In this document: positions 7,484 to 14,062 of the stretch, in pieces
Numbering within the stretch: position 1 is the first letter of the stretch
How the letters are laid out: each line of letters begins with the position of its first letter
From: Candidatus Aenigmatarchaeota archaeon
Lineage (GTDB): Archaea > Aenigmatarchaeota > Aenigmatarchaeia > Aenigmatarchaeales > JACQIB01
DNA: 14,168 bases
Direction: 5' to 3'
Assembly: GCA_046760225.1 (NCBI GenBank)
Contig: JBHIDR010000020.1
Span: 1-14,168, forward strand
Translations under genes and position numbers: made by a program
The notes under the pieces: generated by a model
Databases searched by the model: none
Told to the model about the DNA's origin: nothing
What the model saw: the letters and a program-made list of their open reading frames with translations, nothing else

Positions 7484-8456
7484 ATAAAAGGAAATGGTTG
7501 ATAAGATCTCATGAAGTTTCGCTGCCTGAATACGGAAAATATCCTGGGGCAAGGACAGACGAGGAGATGCTCAAGAACGGCATAATAATTCTTGACAAGC
7601 CACCAGGACCAACATCACATCAGGTGGATGTCTGGATAAAGGAGATTATTGACGTGCACAAATGCTCACATGGTGGGACCTTAGATTTTAGCAGGTTGAT
7701 ATAACACTGTTATATAAAGGAAATCCCCGTGTGAGTGGAGTTTTAATACTTGCTTTGGAAAACGCCACAAAGCTCATGCCTATTCTTCTTTCCAGCAGAA
7801 AGGAATATGTGGCCCTGATAAACCTCCACAGGGAGGTGGAAGAAGGCAAGATTAAGAAGGTGCTGCAGAAGTTCAGGGGAAAGATAAAGCAGCTTCCACC
7901 AAAAAAGGCTGCTGTTGCGCGGCGTGTGCGCGAAAGGGAGATTTATTATCTTGAGGTTCTTGAGATTGACAAAAGAAACATTCTTATAAAGGTTGGTTGT
8001 GAGGCAGGCACATACATAAGAAGGCTGGCTGATGATGTTGGTAAGGAGCTTGGTATTGGCGCACACCTGCAGGAGCTGAGAAGGACCAAGAGCGGCACAT
8101 TTACAGAGGAGCAAACAGTGAAAATGCAGGATGTTGTTGATGCTGTGGCTGAAGACAGGATAAGGGATATTGTGCTTCCAATGGAGAGTATAGTTGAAGA
8201 TATAAGGAGTGTTGTGATAAAAGACAGTGCTGTTGATGCAATATGCAACGGCGCTCCACTGAGTTCAGGCGGAATATCAAGACTGGAGGAAGGAATAGTG
8301 AGAGGTGAGTGGGTAGGCATCCTTACGCTCAAGGGAGAACTGGTTGCAATTGGCAAAGCTACCATGAACAGCAAGGACATGAAAAGAAAGAAGGGAATAG
8401 CAGTAAAAACAGACAGGGTGCTTATGAAGAAGGGAACCTATCCTAAGATGTGGTAA
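7471..8456 (+). CDS. cbf5: H/ACA RNA-guided pseudouridine synthase Cbf5, spliced: join(7471..7684,7723..8456), 315 aa
   Basis: Exon 1 has GIIILDKPPGPTSHQV...HGGTLD. Exon 2 has PRVSGVL...KEYV...QLPP...GTYIR...QELRRTKSG and a PUA domain (VIKDSAVDAICNGAPL). Removing 38 nt gives 948 nt in frame. The start could be GTG 7471 or CTG 7480. Confidence 0.95.
7685..7722 (+). other. 38-nt BHB mRNA intron within the catalytic Asp codon (G|AT) of cbf5
   Basis: Exon helix GGGA 7675-7678/TCCC 7724-7727; central helix CCTT 7679-7682/AAGG 7717-7720; bulges AG|A 7683-7685 and AA|A 7721-7723. Internal hairpin ATATAAC-ACT-GTTATAT at 7699-7715. In-frame TAA at 7702-7704 if unspliced. Confidence 0.93.
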
Positions 8457-8976
8457 GTTTCTCTATTATCTTGTCTGCTACTTGTTCTGCTGTAAGGTTT
8501 GATGTGTCAATAACCATGTCTGCTTCTTTTTCAAGGTCAGAAGGTGTAAAACCATAAATCCTTTTGAAATTCTTTCTTTCTAGTTCCTCTTTTTCCTTTA
8601 GTTGTCTGAGCGCTGTTTCATAGTCTATTCCTTCTTCTCTTTGCGTTATTCTCTTTGCTCTTACTTCTATTGCTGCCTTTAGCCATACCTTTAGGTCAGC
8701 TTTCTTTACAAACCTGATTGAGAGCTTTCCATCTATCACTATGTTGCCCTTGTCTGCAAGCTCTTGCTGTTTCCTGTCTATTTCCTCATGGAATGACTTG
8801 CTTGAGCCCTTTTCTGTTCTCCAGACATCCACTGCTGCTTTTGTCTCCTTTCCTGCTCCATGGGACTTGAAGAATTTTCCAGGTGAGAAATAACCGATGC
8901 CCAATTTTTCAGAAACAAGCCTTGACACTGTGCTTGTGCCGCATCCTGGCTGGCCGGATATCACTATAACTGGCAT
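8443..8976 (-). CDS. cmk: cytidylate kinase (archaeal type)
   Basis: IVISGQPGCGTSTVS P-loop, IDRKQ, NIVIDGKLS, ADLKVWLKA...RAKRI..RE, RIYG, DMVIDTSNL. Confidence 0.92.
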   Translation of the reverse strand: MPVIVISGQPGCGTSTVSRLVSEKLGIGYFSPGKFFKSHGAGKETKAAVDVWRTEKGSSKSFHEEIDRKQQELADKGNIVIDGKLSIRFVKKADLKVWLKAAIEVRAKRITQREEGIDYETALRQLKEKEELERKNFKRIYGFTPSDLEKEADMVIDTSNLTAEQVADKIIEKLTTS

Positions 8977-9009
8977 AGTTATAAATAACTATTTACAAAT
9001 AAAACCATT
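8977..9009. promoter_or_regulatory. 33-bp AT-rich divergent promoter region for cmk and trm112 (probably leaderless)
   Basis: TTATAAAT at 8979-8986 lies 31 nt before ATG 9010. The reverse strand is also AT-rich, upstream of the cmk ATG at 8976. Confidence 0.55.
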
Positions 9010-9174
9010 ATGCCAGTAAGCGAAGAACTGCAAAAAGTAATGGCCTGCCCAAAGTGCAAGGGCGAGCTGGAGTTCGGGAAAAATGATATAAAGTGCCCTG
9101 CATGCAGGCTGAAGTTCAAGATTCTAGAAGGCGACATACCAGACATGCTCCTCGAGGACGCTGAGAAGTATTAA
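9010..9174 (+). CDS. trm112: Trm112-family methyltransferase activator (54 aa; not in the ORF track)
   Basis: MPVSEELQKVMACPKCKGELEFGKNDIKCPACRLKFKILEGDIPDMLLEDAEKY*, matching the Trm112 ACPxCKGxL...CxxC...IPxML signature. Confidence 0.9.
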   Translation: MPVSEELQKVMACPKCKGELEFGKNDIKCPACRLKFKILEGDIPDMLLEDAEKY

Positions 9175-9176
9175 GC

Positions 9177-9184
9177 TTTAAATA
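9177..9184 (+). promoter_or_regulatory. TATA box for tRNA-Ser
   Basis: TTTAAATA begins 32 nt upstream of tRNA G1. Confidence 0.65.
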
Positions 9185-9222
9185 TTCTAGGACTTTACTA
9201 ATCATTAAGCCGGTGTAGCGAA

Positions 9223-9253
9223 TGGCTTTGTATTTCGTTACAAGACCCGCGAA
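9223..9253 (+). other. tRNA-Ser intron 1, position 14/15 (31 nt, relaxed BHB)
   Basis: Flanked by a GCGAA direct repeat. Central helix (A)GCG 9217-9220/CGC(G) 9248-9251 pairs 3 of 4; bulges AA|T and AA|G; intron stem GG/CC plus TTTGTA/TACAAG. This was the only one of the six possible registers giving a near-BHB. Confidence 0.8.
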
Positions 9254-9272
9254 GCCAGGTTCAACGCGCCAG

Positions 9273-9310
9273 TTTTCAAGTTTTGAGGCCAATGGCCTGT
9301 GAAAGGCGAC
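9273..9310 (+). other. tRNA-Ser intron 2, position 30/31 (38 nt)
   Basis: Central helix CGCC 9267-9270/GGCG 9305-9308; bulges AG|T and AC|A; intron helix TTTCA/TGAAA; internal hairpin AGGCC-AAT-GGCCT. Confidence 0.9.
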
Positions 9311-9317
9311 ACTTGAG

Positions 9318-9390
9318 AACCTTAGGTTAAATGAATGAATGGCTTGACTCTGAAATGCGGCGGAGGATGTAGAGTCCTTTAAGTCATGAT
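9318..9390 (+). other. tRNA-Ser intron 3, canonical position 37/38 (73 nt)
   Basis: Central helix CTTG 9312-9315/CATG 9385-9388 with one U-U mismatch; bulges AG|A and AT|A; intron stem CTTAGG/TTTAAG. Confidence 0.88.
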
Positions 9391-9422
9391 ATCTGGTGTC
9401 CTTCGGGACGCGCAGGTTCGAA

Positions 9423-9457
9423 GCACTGCCCTCGGTGCACGAGGGTGGAAGCGAAAC
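9423..9457 (+). other. tRNA-Ser intron 4, position 59/60 (35 nt)
   Basis: Exon helix GCAGG/CCTGC; central helix TTCG 9417-9420/CGAA 9452-9455; bulges AA|G and AC|T; internal hairpin CTGCCCTCG/CGAGGGTGG. Confidence 0.93.
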
Positions 9458-9474
9458 TCCTGCCGCCGGCGCCA

Positions 9475-9490
9475 TTCCTTCTTTTAATTT
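9475..9490 (+). terminator. T-rich putative archaeal terminator after tRNA-Ser
   Basis: TTCCTTCTTTTAATTT directly follows the CCA. Confidence 0.5.
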
Positions 9491-9553
9491 ATACAGCAAT
9501 TGTTCTCTCCAGGAATCTATCAATTTAAATGTTTTTGGGTCGCTATATCACAC

Positions 9554-10879
9554 ATGGGGTCCAAAGTGTCTCATCCAGATATATCAGAGTATTACAAAGA
9601 CATTCTTGAGATGGCTGATGCCTACAGGATGAGGAACCTCATAAACCCAACCAAACAGGCACAAAAGATACGAGAGAAAGCAGTGAGGAAAAAGCATGGA
9701 AAGATAGAGTTCCGCTCTACTAATTTTGCAGGAACACTGCAGGAAATAGATATTAAGAAAAGGACAGAGATGCCTCTTGATGCAATTACAAATACACACC
9801 CTTACAGATTCAAAATAGACACAAAGGAATTTGATCCCAAGGAGCGCGTGAAAAAGGCAAGGGATGAGTCCCTGCCCAAGCATGTGCGAGGAGAATATAG
9901 TGAACCATTTGACTTCAATGACATAAAGGGGATATTCAAGTCCCTTGGGCTCAAGTACAACTTTGACATGCCACTGATAAGTCTGCGCAGAACAGATCGC
10001 CCCCTGAAGGACATAAGGCACTTTGACATGGCTCTGATAACGCAGCTTCAAGGCTGTAATCTTCATGACTTTGGGCCTGGTGGCGGATGCATATTCTGCT
10101 ATGTGGATGCTGAGAGCAACTGTCCGTATACACCAAACAGGGGAGTATGGCTAGGGGTTGAGAATATACTTACCACAGTGAAAGAACTAAGGGATGATCC
10201 CACGATAAGAGCGGGCCTTGAGTTGCATAGGGTAAGGCTGAGCGGCGGAGAACCCACAGTGATGCTGGACTTTGCACTGGAGCTTGCTGAAACAATAGAG
10301 AAGGAAAAGATTGACCAGCTACATGTTTGGTTTGATACAAACCTGAGCGCAAAGACATTCATCGACAACATGATAAAGGAGAACAAATATCCAAAGGACA
10401 TACTTCAGCAGCTTGCATCGCATGATGTGTGCGTCTATGCTGCATTCAAAGGTACAACAGACAAGAACATAATACACAACGCCCAGGCAGAGCTCTCAAC
10501 TAATGAGCAGATGGAAGCGCTTGGGCAACTTGTGGATGCAAGGCTTGAGGCATATCCTTGTATATACAATCCTGATTACAAATCATTCCCAGATTTCATT
10601 GACAAGCTCAATGAGAACTTCACAAATGCCTCAAAGATTCTTAGAATAGAGGGTATTAATTGGACATATGAGCCCACGAAGCTAAGAATCAGGAAAATTG
10701 CAGAGGCCATAAATGTGCCAGAGGAATATCTGTACAATGCATATGTGCAGGAGGAGGCCCTAAATTATAACAAGTGCGAGGAGTTCATGCTGCACTACGT
10801 AGGTGATAAGTACGGCCTGCCGTACAAGGAGTTTGACAGGACACAGTTCAAGGTAGAGAGAAGGATTGTAGAGGCCTAA
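9554..10879 (+). CDS. radical SAM protein with an atypical CX10CX2C motif (441 aa)
   Basis: QGCNLHDFGPGGGCIFCYVD, VRLSGGEPTV, FDTN. TATA-like TTTAAATG at 9524-9531 supports a start at ATG 9554. Confidence 0.85.
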   Translation: MGSKVSHPDISEYYKDILEMADAYRMRNLINPTKQAQKIREKAVRKKHGKIEFRSTNFAGTLQEIDIKKRTEMPLDAITNTHPYRFKIDTKEFDPKERVKKARDESLPKHVRGEYSEPFDFNDIKGIFKSLGLKYNFDMPLISLRRTDRPLKDIRHFDMALITQLQGCNLHDFGPGGGCIFCYVDAESNCPYTPNRGVWLGVENILTTVKELRDDPTIRAGLELHRVRLSGGEPTVMLDFALELAETIEKEKIDQLHVWFDTNLSAKTFIDNMIKENKYPKDILQQLASHDVCVYAAFKGTTDKNIIHNAQAELSTNEQMEALGQLVDARLEAYPCIYNPDYKSFPDFIDKLNENFTNASKILRIEGINWTYEPTKLRIRKIAEAINVPEEYLYNAYVQEEALNYNKCEEFMLHYVGDKYGLPYKEFDRTQFKVERRIVEA

Positions 10880-10880
10880 T

Positions 10881-11315
10881 TTAATAAATAGGAAGTCTTT
10901 TGAGCTCTTCCATCATTTTTTCCCATTGTTCCTTTTCTTCTGGTGGTCCTTTGTAGTCAACTTGTGTGATGTAGGGCTCTTCAGACAGCTCATCTCCAGG
11001 GCATACCTCAACCACACATATGTCCCTTCCTGCTCCATCCTGTACCATAAAATATGAGTGTGGCATCTCTATGTAATCGATATCATTTTCATCATAGGTC
11101 TCTTCACCGGTTTCCTCATTATATCTCGGTTCCCAATCAAAAACATGTGATGTCTTGGTGTCTTCTGGTGGTACATATTCTATGTACTTGCATCCATATT
11201 TCAGACAAAAACCTTTCAGACCTAGGAATGGCTCCATAACTACAGTATCTACTATCTCCTCTATGGACCTGTTGTCCTCAAGCTCTACAGGGAATTTGTC
11301 CTTCTCCTTTTCCAT
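10881..11315 (-). CDS. acidic hypothetical protein (144 aa)
   Basis: Starts MEKEKDKFPVELEDN and is Glu/Asp-rich. TATA-like TTTAAAGA on the minus strand at 11335-11342. The longer ORF-track version runs into the rps13 promoter and leader. Confidence 0.7.
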   Translation of the reverse strand: MEKEKDKFPVELEDNRSIEEIVDTVVMEPFLGLKGFCLKYGCKYIEYVPPEDTKTSHVFDWEPRYNEETGEETYDENDIDYIEMPHSYFMVQDGAGRDICVVEVCPGDELSEEPYITQVDYKGPPEEKEQWEKMMEELKRLPIY

Positions 11316-11366
11316 AGATTCTAATACAATCTTATCTTTAAACAATTTTCTGGTAATTGAAGAAGC

Positions 11367-11374
11367 TTTATAAA
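11367..11374 (+). promoter_or_regulatory. BRE/TATA promoter of the rps13-rps4-rps11-rpoD operon
   Basis: Purine-rich GAAGAAGC followed by TTTATAAA. Confidence 0.6.
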
Positions 11375-11446
11375 GGTTCATTTGCAATAGGAAATATACT
11401 TTCCAGCGCAGTGCTGGTTGCCGTGGAGGGCACAAAAAGTGATACA

Positions 11447-11959
11447 ATGGTCAAGGAAAAGAAAAAGTTCGAAAAAAAACCAGAGGTCAAGAAAGTAGAG
11501 GAAGGAGTGCGGGGAATTGTAAGGTTTGCTGAAGCTGACCTTGACGGTACTAAAAAGATACGGGTTTCTCTGCTCAAAGTCAAGGGAATAGGACAATCAC
11601 TTGCTATTTCTCTTCCCAGGGCAGCCGGGATTGACCCTGAAGCAATAACAGGAAAGCTCACAGACGAGCAGGTCAAGAGGATGGAGGAGATTCTGAAAAG
11701 CCTTACCAGAGCAGGCATACCGGGATTCATGCTTAACAGGAGAACAGACCCTGAAACAGGTGAGGACAGGCACATAACAAGCTCAGACCTCACGCTGAGA
11801 AGGAAGTTCGACATAGACTTCCTCAGGAAGATAAGATGCTACAAGGGCATAAGGCATGAGCAGGGCCTTCCAGTAAGGGGGCAGAGGACAAGGGGAAGCT
11901 TCAGAACAGGCGTAAGAGTAGGTGTCCAGAAAAAGGCACTGAAGAGAAAGAAGGAATGA
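11447..11959 (+). CDS. rps13: 30S ribosomal protein S13 (uS13)
   Basis: IVRFAEADLDGTK...VKGIG...LNRRTDPETGEDRH...YKGIRHEQGLPVRGQRTR. Confidence 0.97.
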   Translation: MVKEKKKFEKKPEVKKVEEGVRGIVRFAEADLDGTKKIRVSLLKVKGIGQSLAISLPRAAGIDPEAITGKLTDEQVKRMEEILKSLTRAGIPGFMLNRRTDPETGEDRHITSSDLTLRRKFDIDFLRKIRCYKGIRHEQGLPVRGQRTRGSFRTGVRVGVQKKALKRKKE

Positions 11960-11963
11960 TTCC

Positions 11964-12440
11964 ATGAAGAGGCAGAGAAAGAAATACTCGAGGCCGAAGA
12001 GGCCATGGGACAAGGACAGAATAAAGGGGGAGAAGAAGCTGCTCCAGGAATTCGGTTTACGGAGGAAAAAGGAGATATGGAGAGCAGAGGCCATACTAAG
12101 GGACTTCAGAAGAAGGGCAAGGGAGCTTGCAGCGCATGAGAACAAGGAGCAGGAGGCGCTCCTGCTCAACGGCCTTTTCAGGCTGGGGCTAATAAAAAAG
12201 GATGCCAGCCTTGATGATGTGCTGGGCCTTACAGTTGAAAGGCTGCTTGAAAGAAGGCTGCAGACACTAGTACTCAAAAAGGGTCTTGCCAACACACAAA
12301 AACAGGCAAGGCAATACATTGTACACGGCCATATTGCTGTCAAGGGGAGGAGGACAAGATGGCCGAGCATCTTGGTCACAACAGAAGAAGAGGCAACAGT
12401 GAAATTTTACAGCAAGAGCCCGATAGGTGTTAAGAAATGA
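11964..12440 (+). CDS. rps4: 30S ribosomal protein S4 (uS4)
   Basis: [16 protein letters not shown]...[11 protein letters not shown]...LERRLQT...[11 protein letters not shown]. Confidence 0.97.
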   Translation: MKRQRKKYSRPKRPWDKDRIKGEKKLLQEFGLRRKKEIWRAEAILRDFRRRARELAAHENKEQEALLLNGLFRLGLIKKDASLDDVLGLTVERLLERRLQTLVLKKGLANTQKQARQYIVHGHIAVKGRRTRWPSILVTTEEEATVKFYSKSPIGVKK

Positions 12441-12835
12441 AGCCGAAAAGGGAAATAAAATGGGGAATAGCTCATATATTCAGTTCATCAAATAATACAA
12501 TAGTTCATGTTACAGATCTGACAGGTGCTGAGACAATTTCAAGGATAAGCGCTGGCATGATGACTGACAAGGACAGGGAAGGGGGAAACCCCTATCCTGC
12601 AATGATGGCTGCAACCAAGGTTGCAGAAGAATCTCTTGCAAAGGGGATAACAGGCGTGCACATAAAGGTAAGGGCTCCTGGAGGAATAAAGAAAAAGAGC
12701 CCTGGTGCAGGAGCCCAGCCAGCAATAAGGGCGCTTGCAAGGGCAGGCATGAGGATAGGAAGGATAGAGGACGTGACACCAGTCCCACATGACAGTTGTC
12801 GAAAAAAAGGGGGCCGACGTGGCCGCCGAGTTTGA
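12437..12835 (+). CDS. rps11: 30S ribosomal protein S11 (uS11)
   Basis: [25 protein letters not shown]...[14 protein letters not shown]...[10 protein letters not shown]...GGRRGRRV. Confidence 0.98.
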   Translation: MKPKREIKWGIAHIFSSSNNTIVHVTDLTGAETISRISAGMMTDKDREGGNPYPAMMAATKVAEESLAKGITGVHIKVRAPGGIKKKSPGAGAQPAIRALARAGMRIGRIEDVTPVPHDSCRKKGGRRGRRV

Positions 12836-12844
12836 GGTGAATAG

Positions 12845-13630
12845 ATGAAGGTAAAAATGCTTTCGAAAACCGATAGGGAAATAAAATTTATTGTTGAAGG
12901 CGTGAATGCACAGTTTGTCAATGCCCTCAGAAGGATAGCAATGGCTGAGACACCGGTCCTTGCCATTGATACAGTAGACTTCTACTACAATGACTCTGTT
13001 CTTTATGACGAGATTATTGCACACAGGCTCGGATCCCTGCCGCTTGAGTTCGATATAAAGGCACTTGACCTGAGAGCTGACTGTGACTGCGAAGGAAAGG
13101 GCTGTGCCAACTGCCAGATAGTGCTGGTGATTGACAAGAAAGGCCCGGGAATGGTGTATGCAAAGGACATAAAGTCAGCAGACCCTGAGGTTGCAAAACC
13201 ACTCTATCCTGAGACGCCCATAGTTGAGTTGTTTGAGGGGCAGAAGCTGAAGGCAGAATCAACTGCCATACTTGGCTTCGGGAAGGACCATGCCAAATGG
13301 AGTGCTGCAAGGGCATGGTACAGGAACTACCCGAAAATAACACTGACAGGGAACATAAAGAACCCTGAGGAGGCTGTCAAGGCATGCCCCAAGAACGCAC
13401 TGTCAATAACAGGCAACAAGGTCACAGTAACAGAAGCATGCGACTTATGTGGTGAGTGCGCAAAAGTAGCCCGTCCAATAGGTGTTCTGAAGGTTGGTGG
13501 TGAGCCTGAGAAGTTCATATTCGACATTGAGTCGATCTCAGGGCTTTCAGCTGACAAGATAGTGCTTGCTGCATTGAGCATCCTCAAGAAAAAGGCAAAG
13601 GAATTCGAGAAGCAGACCGGTAAGCTTTAG
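12845..13630 (+). CDS. rpoD: DNA-directed RNA polymerase subunit D (Rpo3) with ferredoxin-like Fe-S insert
   Basis: FVNALRRIAMAETPVLAID...NDSVLYDEIIAHRLGSLPL...GKDHAKW; CP...CDLCGEC insert. SD GAGGTGA upstream. Confidence 0.97.
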   Translation: MKVKMLSKTDREIKFIVEGVNAQFVNALRRIAMAETPVLAIDTVDFYYNDSVLYDEIIAHRLGSLPLEFDIKALDLRADCDCEGKGCANCQIVLVIDKKGPGMVYAKDIKSADPEVAKPLYPETPIVELFEGQKLKAESTAILGFGKDHAKWSAARAWYRNYPKITLTGNIKNPEEAVKACPKNALSITGNKVTVTEACDLCGECAKVARPIGVLKVGGEPEKFIFDIESISGLSADKIVLAALSILKKKAKEFEKQTGKL

Positions 13631-13968
13631 TCGTGGTTGTCCAATTTCACGACCTTGCCTTCCTCTTTCAGCCTTTCCCTCATTTTCCTTTTCCTCTCTT
13701 CATCAGTTATCAGCCTGCTCAGATAGCTTCTGAAATCCTCTACTTCGCCGTGCTCCCCATGGACTGACATGTCCCTGACCTCAGCTTCTGTGTACCTTCC
13801 GTTCCTGACATCAGCCCCGGTCTCGCCCAGGTATATGGGCGTCCTGCCATCGTCGTGGATTCTTGTTGCGATTTTGTCTGCCCTGCTTTTCTCTACAATA
13901 AAGAACCCCCTTTCTCCCTCTTTGGGTTCAGGGCTGTCTGAATCAAGGCTGTACATGACCACTTTCAT
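13627..13968 (-). CDS. hypothetical protein (113 aa)
   Basis: Starts MKVVMYSLDSDSPEPKEGER. GGTG SD-like element and TTTAAATG on the minus strand (13991-13998) upstream. The longer ORF-track version overlaps tRNA-Leu. Confidence 0.65.
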   Translation of the reverse strand: MKVVMYSLDSDSPEPKEGERGFFIVEKSRADKIATRIHDDGRTPIYLGETGADVRNGRYTEAEVRDMSVHGEHGEVEDFRSYLSRLITDEERKRKMRERLKEEGKVVKLDNHD

Positions 13969-13999
13969 ACACCAGAGTAGCGTGCAAAGGCATTTAAAG

Positions 14000-14007
14000 T
14001 TTATAAA
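14000..14007 (+). promoter_or_regulatory. TATA box for the tRNA-Leu transcript
   Basis: TTTATAAA lies 30 nt upstream of G14030. Confidence 0.6.
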
Positions 14008-14048
14008 CTTCTCAACCAAATCTTTTAATGCGGGGAGTTTGCGGGGGT

Positions 14049-14062
14049 ATATAATGCCCCAA
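14049..14062 (+). other. tRNA-Leu intron at 8/9 (14 nt)
   Basis: Exon helix TTTGC 14038-14042/GCAAA 14064-14068; central helix GGGG 14043-14046/CCCC 14057-14060; bulges GT|A and AA|A. Confidence 0.82.

Larger units (their letters stand above)
9209..9474 (+). tRNA. tRNA-Ser(UGA) with four introns; exons 9209-9222, 9254-9272, 9311-9317, 9391-9422, 9458-9474 (89 nt mature, CCA encoded)
   Basis: Spliced product GCCGGTG TA GCG AAGCCAGGTTCAA CGC G CCAGA CTTGAGA TCTGG TGTCC-TTCG-GGACG C GCAGG TTCGAAT CCTGC CGCCGGC G CCA folds into a complete cloverleaf with a long variable arm and G73 discriminator. Confidence 0.93.

Noticed and set aside
7471..8456. cbf5 as a pseudogene or a naturally split two-gene system (77 aa + 241 aa)
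   Set aside because: A BHB-bounded 38-nt insertion restores the frame and catalytic motif exactly.
8930..8960. cmk P-loop lacking the Lys (GCGTST) as a sign of inactivation
   Set aside because: GxGT[ST]T variants are common in archaeal cytidylate kinases.
9346..9380. Nested fifth intron (9354-9376) inside tRNA-Ser intron 3, via CTCT/AGAG with bulges GAA and TCC
   Set aside because: The continuous helix GACTCT/AGAGTC is more favourable and removes the 3-nt bulge. It is not needed to explain the mature tRNA, though it cannot be fully excluded.
9116..9632. ORFs 9116..9523 (-) and 9396..9632 (+)
   Set aside because: They overlap the tRNA-Ser gene and trm112 and have no protein-like features.
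10058..10087. In-frame 21-nt intron explaining the CX10CX2C spacing
   Set aside because: The registers I tested give no 4-bp central helix; the insert reads as a Gly/Pro-rich loop.
14030..14046. tRNA-Leu starting at 14030 with an extra 11-nt intron in the acceptor stem
   Set aside because: No central helix can be formed and it is very short; better explained as a leader.
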